A stretch of 64,000 nucleotides of DNA, from the NCBI GenBank assembly GCA_964035545.1, contig OZ037768.1, positions 806,001 to 870,000 on the forward strand, written 5' to 3'. Source of the stretch: Bugula neritina (taxonomy: Eukaryota; Animalia; Bryozoa). A program made the translations under genes and the position numbers. This document shows, piece after piece, positions 42,601 through 54,914 of this stretch. Under the pieces are notes generated by a model. The model made no database searches and was not told the DNA's origin. It saw only the letters and a list, made by a program, of their open reading frames with translations. The number at the start of each line of letters is the position of its first letter. The first letter of the stretch is position 1.

Positions 42601-45600
42601 AATACTGAAGGGTATTATATAGTACAGTGTCACATTGCACAGCAAGCATAACTATTATTTTCACGTTATACGGCAAGAAATGGGCTATTCATCTCATTAG
42701 CTTTTCAACTTTTAGCATTTCCCAACATTTTACACAATGAAACTGGAAATATACAAAGCTGTTGCGACTGATTAACTCACCATATTTATGCCAACTAAAG
42801 ATAGTTCTAGCAACAACTATATGACTCAGGCAACCTACTATGATCTCTAACTGTTATTAGATTAATTAGGCTATTATTTGTATGTTAGGAGCTCAAGGAA
42901 TGTTGCAAGAGGAAACTGCAAAATAGCAATTAGCAGCCAGAGTAATAAGATGAATAATTATGCTTACCCACATTTATGTATATGCTTACCTGCACATACC
43001 ACTAACTGCAGCAACACTGTGTCAGACACTGTGACCTTTGAACTCTCATCATGAGCAGAGTGGTCATCATGAGAGTGAAGACCCAGAGCCTGGATGTAGA
43101 ATGGATGGTAAATATTTGTAACTTGTGAAGGTAGTTTCTTTAAATGTGAGAATTTCACGCTGATTGTGTAAAATAATGGGTAAGGGAATAGATTTATTGT
43201 TATATAATATAAAATTCACTTCAGTAGCAACTAGTGCCTTATAATAATATAAAAACCATAGATTTGTTTTGTTGCAAGAACGGTCAAATGAGTTACATGT
43301 TGACCACGCCCCCCTAAGTTGCCATATTGGATATTTAGGTTGCACAACCTTTATAATACATTAAAGTGTATGAACTACAGAGAATGTGTGTCAGCAGAAA
43401 GCAGAAGTTCAACACTGCATGATTCATATGCTGACAGCAAAATTAATAATAAAATACTTTATCCAACTTGTCAGCTGTTTATGTGAATATGACAATAAAC
43501 AAGAAATATAAATATATATATGACCTCTCAAAAAAGTCACTAGCTAAAATAATATTAATTTCAACTTTGCTTAATTGTTCTCTTAGGGGTGGAGATTATA
43601 TCTAAAATTTACCTGTGGAAGAAGGTGGAGTAACGCATCACCGACCAGAGTAGCCACACCCATTGCTATGAACATGCTAAGAACATACTGAACTATTTGG
43701 GCGTTCAAACAAGGAATAAGCAAAGCCCCGAGTAGAGACAAGAGACTGATGATGATCACGGCCAGGGTTCCATAACCATACTCTGTAATATATAGGGGCA
43801 TATGCTATATACCCATACAAACTCTGTGTTGTGTGCTAATACTTTACATATACTATTATATAAAGACATTGTAAAACTATTATATGAGGGCATTGCTGAA
43901 GATGGATGCTGACAGACAGTATGGCCCCTGGTTGAGACTGACACTCAAGGGGCGCGGAGAGGGGGAGTGCTACATCTGCGTTATTTGAGTCACAAGTTAT
44001 TGATTCATATACGTGTATGTTGTAGGTAAATGGACGTAAATATATAATAGTATATATTTCTAGCTAAATAAATATACAATTACATACCACTGTAACATTT
44101 ATAACTGCATTTCTCAATGATTACTAGCATTGAACATAGATTGCTATAACACACAGATATATTAATTAATGTGGCTGTGCCTAGTATGAATAACAGTATC
44201 AGCTACTCTAATTACAATATAGATATGTAAGTAGGAAGGCTCCAAGTTCCTGTTTATAACACAGAAGTAAATGAACAGTTTTCCACAACATCGAATGATT
44301 ATGTTGTTATGAATATTTGTGTTGCTTCATAGTGACATAGAGAAACTGTGCCTAGAGCTTTTTCCAACTTTCATCAGGTTTAATTACTAGTTCACCTACA
44401 CCATCTACTAGTTCACCTACACTATCTACTAGTTCACCTACACCATTTACTAGTTCACCTACACCATTTACTAGTTCACCTACGTCATCTACTAGTTCAC
44501 CTACACTATCTACTAGTTCACCTACACTATCTACTAGTTCACCTACACTATCTACTAGTCCACCTACACTATCTACTAGTTCACCTACACTATCTACTAG
44601 TTCACCTACACTATCTACTAGTTCACCTACACTGTCTACTAGTTCACCTACACCATCTACTAGTTCACCTACACTATCTACTAGTTCACCTACACCATCT
44701 ACTAGTTCACCTACACTATCTACTAGTTCACCTACACCATTTACTAAGAGCACAAAGGATCTGTAGCATAGTATGTTAGTACATATCGTATCAGTATCCA
44801 AAACTGGATGTTAAAATATTTTGTCAAACTTTTCTCTTGGTATAAAATAAAATAACCTTCTGAGTGTTTATTGTGTCACAATATTTCTTAATTAAAGTAA
44901 AACAAGCAGACGTACTTTCAGCGTTAGTGACAGTAGGGTCTGTAGAGACTTCCTCAGGGACTGACACACAGCTGTTGCTGACTTGCTGCTGTATCAGAAC
45001 TGGACACAACTCCACAAACTGTTCCTTGGTTATGCCATCAGCTAGGTCAAGGCTGTATATTTGAGCCAATGAGCTTTCACTCAGACACTAAAGTATGCAA
45101 TGAAGAATAAATAACCAGTGACTAAAATAATATATTAGATAGCACACTATATATTCTGGAATATATTATATATATATATATATATATTTCAATATAGGCT
45201 ACTTCATATGTTATGTAAAACCGTCACCTGTGAGGTGAGCAGCATTTCCTGTACGGAACGTTTCTTGTGGTCATGACCTTCATGATCGTCATGAGATGAG
45301 TCAGAGGTCGAGTCCCCACTGGATCCAATGTTGAGAGTTTCCAGTAATTGTTCAAAGGCTGTGAAGATTACGTAATGTTTATAAATAGTACTTCATATTA
45401 TCAGGGAAATACATGCCACTAACAACATTTATATTATAAGAATAAACAGTACACTTTCAGATTGTAGTCTAGCAATATATATCAGGTATATATTAGGTGT
45501 ATATCAGATGTATATCAGGTGTATATCAGGTGTATAGCAGGTGTATAGCAGGTGTATATCAGGTGAATATCAGGTGTATTTTGTGCATATATATCACGTA

Positions 45601-48600
45601 TATAATATTACTATGTAAGTATACGGATAAGATGTGTTTTAATCAAATTATGGTAACCTTGCCTCGTCCTTGTCAAATTTTACTGCTATTCATATCAGAA
45701 GATGCTGCATTGCATCACTCAACTGGCACATTAAACTAGAGATGCACTGCTGACAACATGGTGGCTTTAGCAGCCTATGCTGCTATTTCAATCACGCCTT
45801 TGTCTCTGTTGAACCATTTTGTTTCTGGTAAATTATTTTGTTCCTGGTAAATTATTTTTCTTAGATTTCGCCATGTTTTATGAGAAATATTTGCACTTGA
45901 ATGAAGCTGTATGTAGCTTAAATTTCTGTCTTTGTGTACTGCACATACATTTTAATGCATTTCTATTTCAAATTATTGACAAAAACTAGATAAGCACTGC
46001 AAATGCAGCTGATCTTTGTTCAATTTGACAGGTCAAGAGCTCAAATGGCCTTCCAACTCATTTCTAACGGTTATTAGGACATTTTGTACTCCCCCTTCAT
46101 GTGTAAAGCCTTTCTATTCATGTCAATGAAGCACAAATAGCAAAATATGCAGATTATATGGCTAGATGCTCATTTACTGTCATCAATAAAACAAGTACAG
46201 TAATTATGTGAGACATTTAGGCACTTTTTTAAATTGCCCTGGTTCTAGCCAACAAATGCAGCATGAAAAGTTGTCTGATGGGGAACTAAAGCGATGACCT
46301 TCAAACCCAAGTCAAAAGTCATAAACACAAGCTAAACAAAATTATACATTTATATAGGAAGGCACCTTAACTTCCCATATTGTATTTAGTTATTTATCAT
46401 GTTTGTGAGCACCAAACTCAACTAAACTCTTTGAATCAAATTATCAGTTGTAGAAGCCCTGCTTTGACAAGAAGCACATTGTACCTTCTTCATCCATGGT
46501 GTTGTTAGCTTCAAAGGCAGCAAATAAACTGTTGATGACATCATGTTTGGTTGGCAGCACCTCACAAGTCAAATCAGCTACCATGTCTAAAATGAAAACA
46601 CATTCAATGCACGTTTATTGATCTTTGATAAACAAGCATTGATATTTTTGAATAGATTGGTTCAACTTCCTTGTAGCAGAACAAATATACTTTCACTTGT
46701 CTACAACTCTCACAGACTTACACTCTTGTTTTCATGTAAAGTAGTCTACAAATCCCTTGTATATATTTACCTTACACTTGAATGGAACATCTCAGCATAG
46801 CCCATGGCTCTTGAATTAACTGTACCAGTTTACGGTGACCTTAGCCAACCACCCAACCACTCTGTCTATATTACTCACCTTGTGCCAAAAAGGAAACTAT
46901 GATTCCAGCCATCTCAGGGATACGAGATTTACTGATTGGCTCTTCGTGATCCAATCCCATGTGGTGTAACAAAGTGCCTTCACCAAAGCATTTCTGTAGT
47001 CAGAGAGATAAATATTTGTTCAGTACTACACAGGTTATGGTGACAGTATAAGTCACTGATCTCCTTAGTCAGTGAAAATTAAACCAATACAAATAAAAAC
47101 AAATATTCAAAACTTTATCTTCCAAGTAAAGCCTCAACAGTTACACCACCTAAACAAATGCTTAATGCTACAACATTTTCAGTTATGTAATGTTAATTGT
47201 TATATTAATTATTGTTTTACTTGACTCATGGTACTACGTAATGCTAACTCTACTCACCTCAATATGATCTTCATGATCTTCATGATCATCATGATCGTCG
47301 TGATCGTCGTGATCATGATCATGGTCATGATCGTGATCATGATCTACATCAACAACAAAATGAACAAGCGAATACATGACATAATATAATTGCTACATGT
47401 GCATGTGGCAAAATACACAATATCTCTATTAGAATAAATACAGAAGAAGGTCATTTTACTAGCTTTAGTGCAAATTTATTTAGATTTTTTAAAGATTTCA
47501 ACCTTGTATACTGACAATCAGTTAATGAAGCAATTAGTAAATCATTAACAAGATAATTCATTAAGAGTTCCCTGCCATCTTACCATCTTCAGTAGTAGTA
47601 GGAGTAGGTGTAGTCGTCTCATGATCATGATCGTGGTCGTGATCTTCAGCAAAGACCTCTATTACCTTCTCTAGCAGAGACTCGATCTCTTCTTCACCTA
47701 TCTCATCTACATGTCACATCATTTTGATAAAGCGCTGAATAGTCTTTTATATTCGCTCGACATGCATGATAACAAGGTACTTCATATTTGAGATAAGAAC
47801 TTGAGTCCCAGGTTTTGAGTCACAGACACTCAATTTGGTCCAACAGCAATTTATAGTCAAATAAAGAACTGTTTCATAATAATGATTATTTCACTTTGTT
47901 CCCTATCAATCTTAATTCTTCCTCATAGAATATTATTCTTAGCTTACACTTACATACTTAACTTACATTTATATCCTGTACTTCACTTACAAATAAAATC
48001 AAAACCTCAATAAATACTGCGTTATCCAAGCCTAAGGCTGAAATGTTTGAAAGTCCTAAATTTCTAGCGCTTGAGCCTCATAGCCCATCATAAAACAAAT
48101 ATTCTAAACTGTGCCAAGCTAAGTACTTCTGCCTGGCTTGGAAATCAAGTTAAGGATGGTTTTGTCATTCTAAGCAGACACAATAGAGCTCTGTAACACA
48201 GACTACAGGCATAGCCTCAGAGCCAGAAAGTTCTTTCACCTCAAGTTAGTTTAGGTCAACAGACAACTCTCTCACCAACTGAGTCATCCCCAATAACAGC
48301 GAGGAGGGCGGTGGTTGCATCTAGAGCATTCAGTTCACTGGAAGACAGGTTACAGAAGGTGCTAATGTCTAGAAGAGCATAGAGGGCTCTCACAGATGCC
48401 TCATTCCACTCCTCTAGGGTATGGATTTCTTCAGACACTCCGACAAGACTCTCCAAGCACTGGAAAAGTCATCAAAAATAGTGTTTAGACATCTACAGCA
48501 CTGCTATATATATATATATGTGTGTGTCTACAGTATATAATATATGTCTACAGTGTATAATATGTGTCTACAATGTATAATATATGTCTACAGTGTATAA

Positions 48601-51600
48601 TATATGTCTACAGTGTATAATATATGTCTACAATGTATAATATATGTCTACAGTATATAATATATGTCTACAGTGTATAATATGTGTCTACAGTATATAA
48701 TATATGTCTACAGTGTATAATATATGTCTACAGTATATAATATATGTCTACAGTGTATAATATATGTCTACAGTGTATAATATATGTCTACAGTGTATAA
48801 TATATGTCTACAGTGTATAATATATGTCTACAGTGTATAATATATGTCTACAGTATATAATATATGTCTACAGTGTATAATATGTGTCTACAGTATATAA
48901 TATATGTCTACAGTGTATAATATATGTCTACAGTATATAATATATGTCTACAGTGTATAATATATGTCTACAGTGTATAATATATGTCTACAGTGTATAA
49001 TATATGTCTACAGTGTATAATATAGCACTTATATGTCTAGAATATATAGTCATCTTAAATACAAATAGTGAGCCCCATTTTACCAAAAAAAACCGTGAAA
49101 ACGGCTCTGGTATCTCACAAATATTTCATAAGTTCATTATTATATCTTATTAGTGATGCTTTTAGCTGTTGCTATTAAAGTACTATTTATAACAACTATT
49201 CATAAAAAATTAATTATATATATAGCACACTTCTTGCTGGGAAATGCAATAAATTAACAACACATAACAATATTATAATAATATATTACTAAAATATTGC
49301 ATTACTAAAACATTAAAATAAACGAAGTTTACTTTTTATTTTATTTTTATAAATTTAATTAGCCAGCCACCCGATCAGAATATGGTGGAGAACTGTGAGA
49401 GAAAATTAACACAAATTAAATTATTTATTCTTTGGGATTGAATTTTCTTGATTTAATGAGTTGTAGCACCAGTCTAATGGCATGTTCTACAGATCAGAAA
49501 TTGTTGGTAACTTAATAATTATCTTCATCCTGCAATAATGAAAACAGACCTTTACTTGCGTTCCAAAACTTTGATTATTAACTGTAATTATTTTGTCACG
49601 AAAACAAATGTGTTTACGGAGCAACAGAAAAGCTGTGAGTGCAAATGAATTAGCAGAATGCGCACCAGGGACTTGTTTTTCAGACAGCTCTTAGCAACCA
49701 ACAAATGTTTATGAAAGTTTTCTGGTCTTTGCCTATTTGGAATTTTGTGTCTTTTCTTCTTTTAGGGGAAAATTACCTAAACTTCACGCTTTACTGACTT
49801 CCTCCCAATAGCAATCGCATGATATAAAAAACATTAGTCAACCAGCCCTTGTTTTTCAAACGCAATATGTGAAAGCTAAGAGGGGGTCCATGAGGAGTAA
49901 AGCTTTTGTCACATAACAAAATGTGAAAGCTGTTATAAGTTTAGGTATTGTTAATAATATGAATAGGACTGCCAGTTGCTAGGTGCTAATGAAAACATAA
50001 GCATCGATTATTTCACATATTTGTTCCATAATTGAGTAATGACAAAAGATTGCCTTTCTAGACATCGAAAGAGAAACTGACAATCAGAGCTTTTAATTAA
50101 AGTCTAAGTTCAACCAGTTTATGCAAACAACAGCTGCCAATAGCTTAATTTAGCGCCTATTGAAATTGCACGGTGAGAAAACGTGGCACAGAATGTTGTA
50201 CAAAACGTTGTATAAATAATGTTGTATGAAAGGTTGCATAAAACCAGGCACGAAACCTACAGCTGCATGGCAGCACGCCCTTAATTCATATTCTTTTATT
50301 GAACTCTCTAAAATATTATTAATTGAATACAAAATATTATATCAGCAAAAGATACTTCGAAATAAATTTTTATCATAAGTTTTCATAAAAAAACAGTAGT
50401 TACGGTAGTTACAGTAGTTACAGTAGTCACAGTAGTTACAGTAGTTACGGTAGTTACAGTAGTTACAGTAGTCACAGTAGTTACAGTAGTTACATTAGTT
50501 ACAGTAGTTACAGTAGTTACAGTAGTTACAGTAGTTACAGTAGTTACAGTAGTCACAGTAGTTACAGTAGTTACAGTAGTTACAGTAGTTACAGTAGTCA
50601 CAGTAGTTACAGTAGTTATAGTAGTTACGGTAGTTACAGTAGTTACAGTAGTTAGCCTAGGGCCACACTGTGCGTATTTTCGCATGCGAAAATTGAAATC
50701 ACAAGTAGCAAAGGTGTCCACTGTGCGTGTTGAGAAAACTTTCGCACTTGTCGCTCTGCATTTTCAACGCAAGTGCGAATCGTCTCTGTCGTCGTCACCT
50801 AATTGGCTGGTAGTTATTAAGCGAGCCCAATTTCTTTATTTTAGTGCTACATTCCAGTAAATTGCGTTTTATTGAATTCGAGTGCGATTTAAAAATGAAA
50901 GCTTTATTTATCACGCATCACTGACGCTACAGTGGACGCCTTTGCTACTTGTGGTTTCAATTTTCGCATGCGAAAATACGCACCGTGTGGCCCTAGGCTT
51001 ACAGTAGTTACAATGCTAATCTGAATTGTAGTTTGTCAACAGCTATGATAAAAAGAATAGGAAAATTATAAGCCTCTATTTTATTGGCCGAACTTTTCCT
51101 AAAATTGAAGAAATTTTTCTAGACGTGTTATCTATGATAATGTAAATAGAAAAGCAGAAAATATGATTGCCACAAAGAAGTTAGTCAAGTTACAGAGCAG
51201 AAATAACATCCTGTTAAACGCTTTGATCTTGGAAATACAACATAATGCTGGCAGTTTCACAATGCCACCCTTTCGATTGCCCTTTCGATAGTCTCAACCC
51301 ACCTCTCTTGGCCCCAGGAACAGCTGGCTAAGTACACTGTTGCTAATAATTATATTGATTATCTCACTTATATACATAGTCGTACTGTATGATAATATAC
51401 ATAAATACATAGTTGCAATATATAATAATATACATACATAGTTGTAATATATAATAATATATGTAGGCTGCATACATTGTAGTTGTGTACTGAGTTTAGT
51501 GATACTTTAAAACTAAACACTCAAAAGATTGTTTGCTCTTTTATATACTTGATGAAATCAGGCAAATACTTGTATAACAAACCAATTCCTTACTGAGCTC

Positions 51601-52031
51601 TTGGACAGATTTAACTTACAAATACACTCAGCACCAGGTTTAGTATAACTTCATACAAGTGTAGCAATTATTAAAACTAATTTATGATAACTGAGAAAAT
51701 ATAAATCAAATTACAAAATATTGCTGAGTATTTAAAACTCAAATTAGCCTGTGATAGCATCTAGAACCTAGGCTAAGTTGAGACCCCCCCCCCTACTTAC
51801 CACAGTACAGTTGGCTACAGTCTCCGTCTCATCACAGTGGATCTTCTCCAACAGCTCCTCATAGACATGCTCCAAGTCGTGTAGTGAGATAGTCACAGTC
51901 TCATCACTGGGATCATGTTCCTGTATGTAGTGGGCTGCACTATGGAAGGCATTGTCAGGGAGGTTGTAGTACCCACCCGTACCAACAAGCATCGTGGCTA
52001 GTAGAAATGCAATCAACTTCATATTGACCAT
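39635..52031 (-). CDS. LIV-1 subfamily ZIP zinc transporter, ZIP4/ZIP12-like (paralog A)
   Basis: Signal-peptide exon 52031-51801, His/Asp-rich exon ~47343-47258, CPVLIQQ motif (~45087-44915), TM exons GVATLVGDALLHLLPQ and GDVIHNLLDG...IFVHELPHELG|DF (41741-41549), LALTSGMFIYIGLVNM (to 41246), exon 40122-39984, and a terminal 5-nt coding exon 39639-39635 (TGTGA). Confidence 0.93.
39716..39984 (-). repeat. 21-nt minisatellite starting at the last ZIP-A donor (a|gtaagataccaagctatgct drifting to gtagaatatgaggctatgcta, ~13x)
   Basis: Direct reading. Confidence 0.92.
40617..41252 (-). repeat. 29-nt minisatellite containing a ZIP-A donor (aacatg|gtataccactttcagtctgctac, ~22x)
   Basis: The real donor at 41246/41245 is the first copy. 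Confidence 0.95.
44385..44745. repeat. 21-nt minisatellite (tagttcacctacactatctac, ~17x), mid-intron of ZIP-A
   Basis: Direct reading. Confidence 0.94.
45478..45578. repeat. 11-nt repeat (tatatcaggtg, ~9x)
   Basis: Direct reading. Confidence 0.88.
48522..49024. repeat. 20-nt minisatellite (tatatgtctacagtgtataa, ~25x) ~60 nt from a ZIP-A acceptor
   Basis: Direct reading. Confidence 0.95.
50393..50654. repeat. 9-nt microsatellite (gtagttaca)n interrupted by a MITE
   Basis: Direct reading. The repeat resumes after 51001. Confidence 0.93.
50655..50998. mobile_element. 344-bp MITE, PIF/Harbinger-like (TTA target-site duplication, ~70-bp TIRs)
   Basis: tta|gcctagggccacactgtgcgtattttcgcatgcgaaaattgaaatcacaagtagcaaagg ... 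cctttgctacttgtggtttcaattttcgcatgcgaaaatacgcaccgtgtggccctaggc|tta. Removing it restores the 9-nt repeat phase. Confidence 0.88.
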
Positions 52032-52605
52032 GGTGACCAGTGTCTATTTCAGTTTTTCTGTAAATACAAATTGGAGTAGATTTTCACATTGAATGAAGTG
52101 CAGTATAAGTTTAGTGTTTTCTAGGAGTAAATGTAGTTATAGGGGAATCACTGAGAGGTACTGTAAAGCTATTAAGAGGCTTCCAGTTAATTGCTAACAT
52201 CAAAAACACATAAAACTAATGAGGCATTTACCCTACCAGTGCAATCAAATAAACAATACCAACTGCAAACCTTGTTTCAGCTTCAACTTAGGCAGTGGTT
52301 AAATTATGAAGTAATATTATTTTTATAAGCTTATAAAATTAAATTGATATATTATCACTGCTACTAATTTCTTTACTTATGAACCCTCAGTGCAAGTAAA
52401 ACTGTTATACTATTCCAGCAATTCATTGCATTTAGCTTTACCTTTTGTTGTAGCTCTCAACACTCCGTAGCTAGGTTTGTTCTGTATGGGCTGTGGCTCC
52501 AGTTATACTGCAGGCATGTGAAGCTTTCACGTTTCGCCCGTCTACTTTATATTACTATTGAGACTATCTGAATTGACCACTCATTGTTTTCACAATATAG
52601 TTTCA

Positions 52606-52708
52606 CATAAAGGGGCGGGCTTTATGATTCATTATTTATGTGAAATGAATGCCGACTTCACATGCCGGCATGTGAAGTTAGCATTCACATAATGCCCGCC
52701 CCTTTATG
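52606..52708. promoter_or_regulatory. Long imperfect inverted repeat upstream of the putative first non-coding exon of ZIP-A
   Basis: Perfect 24-bp palindrome acttcacatgccggcatgtgaagt (52655-52678). Outer arms cataaaggggcgggc / gcccgcccctttatg carry GC boxes. A putative 5'UTR exon donor (aaag|gtaaag) lies at ~52441 on the minus strand. Confidence 0.5.
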
Positions 52709-53147
52709 ATAATGAGAAGCGATGATTGGATAAGAGAGAACAACTACTACAAATACGAAGCCAGAAAACTTTGTGCGATTATTTAGCTGAGTCAGCATGA
52801 TTATTACTGTAATTTTACCATTATTACTAGTAAATTACGCTCACTGTTATTACTAGTAGAATTACTATTAGTATTAGTATTAGCAATTAGCATTAGACTT
52901 TGAGTTAGTTGTAGTATTTCAATTAGTATATTATAAGTATTACATTTAGATTTAGTATCAATGCAGGTAGTGAATTTTTCATCATGATGCAGCACATAAT
53001 AAACAGAATGCTTGTTATATATTTACATAATTATAGTAAGTACAATGTGCTATAAATATTTACATAGTAAGTACAACGTGGTATATATATTAATATATAA
53101 TATGATAACATATAATATATAATATAGTGGAGTGTGGAACATTTCAG

Positions 53148-53588
53148 GACAGTCTAAAGGTGCTTTCACAGGAGACTACATCCTAGGAGCTGCGTCAGTA
53201 TCACTGGCTAAACTCAGACACAACAGAGTGATGAGAATCATGTCTCAGATACTAGAGGACTTGGTACAGGGTGAGTGTGTACCATGTGACCTTCACCTTC
53301 ATCTTGTGACCTTCACCTCCATCATATGACCTTTACCTTCATCATGTGACCTTTACTTTCATCATGTGACTTTCACCTCCAGCATGTGACCTTCATCTGT
53401 GAGTGTATACCATTTGACCTTCACCTTATTGAAATTTATACTATTTATTATTATTTGCAGGAAAAATCACTATAAAGAAAGTATCTAATTACAGAATCAA
53501 ACTGCCTATAAATCTCAGAGAATCTATGTCCTATGACATCATTTCCTTTAGCTACACTAGAGTGCCTACTGTAACAGCTGATAGATAA
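53148..53588 (+). other. Orphan exon pair of unknown product between the ZIP paralogs
   Basis: ttcag|53148-53270|gtgagt is open (GQSKGAFTGDYILGAASVSLAKLRHNRVMRIMSQILEDLVQG). It is phase-compatible with ttgcag|53461 (GKITIKKVSNYRIKLP...). No start exon found. Confidence 0.4.
53282..53426. repeat. ~21-nt repeat (catgtgaccttcaccttcat) after the orphan exon donor
   Basis: Direct reading. Confidence 0.8.
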
Positions 53589-54914
53589 CAAGCTAGACTA
53601 TCGCTCAAGTAAAATAGAGCTGACCTAAAGTTAAGCTTGACCACTGCCCCTCCCCCATCCTCCTTGCGAGAATAGCCAAATTATTAGCTGCTTTCAGCCT
53701 TACCGCCACTTCCAGCCAACTAAAAGCAACAGCCCATTGAGTGAAAGAATTTAAGAAAGCTCTTTGGCTACTGCAGATAAAAGTGAGAGTACATTGCTTG
53801 TCAACATCTTACCCTCACAATAGGAGAGGGCAACTCTCATAGTTTAGTGATTAGAACTCTACTGTGTATCATCACACTTTTACACTCCAATGTTTGTTAT
53901 TGTTATTACAACATTATGCATTGTAATATTATATTGATTCACTGTGGCATTGTATATATTTACTATAATCAATACAAATGTTCACTTATTAAATTATACT
54001 TGTGCCATTCTTCCAAGAGTTATCTTCTCTTTTAAATATAATGTGCTGATCACTGACTATGCTGCATGTTTGAAAACCTAATGAATTCCCTTGCCTGATT
54101 GCTTCCCCTACAAAAGGCTATAGGTATATTTTCAGTACCATAGGTTTATATGATTAAGGAGGCAGTCCTAATACACTATACTCTGTTCATATAATGACAT
54201 ACTTCAGCCAGATGTATCAGATTACTAATCTATCTAGCCTTACCTGCAGTCTCAATTTCTGAACTTTTAGCCGACACTCGATTGATAGCTTGTTTTTTTA
54301 TAGCTCTAAATTAAACTCCACGCATGTGTATGATTTATTGACAAACAGATCTAGACTTGGATATGTTGGTTTGCCAGTTGACACTGGCGGTTGCTATAGC
54401 ATGTCAATTCAACATAGTTTAATACCTTGAAATAGGTTTTAATTTATGAACTTCAAACGAGGATGGCTGAACTGATGGAATATAAGTAATTTGCCGGCTA
54501 AAAGCTGATTGGTTATTTATTAATTATTATTTTAGCCTTGTATTTCATCACACACATTAGACAAATAAAAAGGAACTGCAAATTAAAATTAATCAATGTA
54601 AAAAAAAATGCAAAAATTTGTTTATGTAAGTATTTTTAGCTGACAAGATGTATAATTAGAGCTTTATAGATAGGTTAGGTTAGTTTTATAGATAATAGAG
54701 AAAAACCCGTAAAAATTCAAATTGTGGAATATACGCATAGCAAGTTTATAAAACTGTGTGGGGTTAAAACTAAAAGTCAATTGTGCAAATCAGAAATAAA
54801 AAACATTGAAAAAATGTTGAATTGAAAAAAAAGTATAAAAAACAAACAAGCATCAAAAGATTTATAGAAAGCTTTTCTGTTTGTAGCCATCCAATCTAAT
54901 CCTTGGCAATGACT

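Noticed and set aside
53157-53177. KGAFTG resemblance to the sigma-54 activator GAFTGA loop
   Set aside because: Short coincidental match with no AAA+ context, in a eukaryotic exon.
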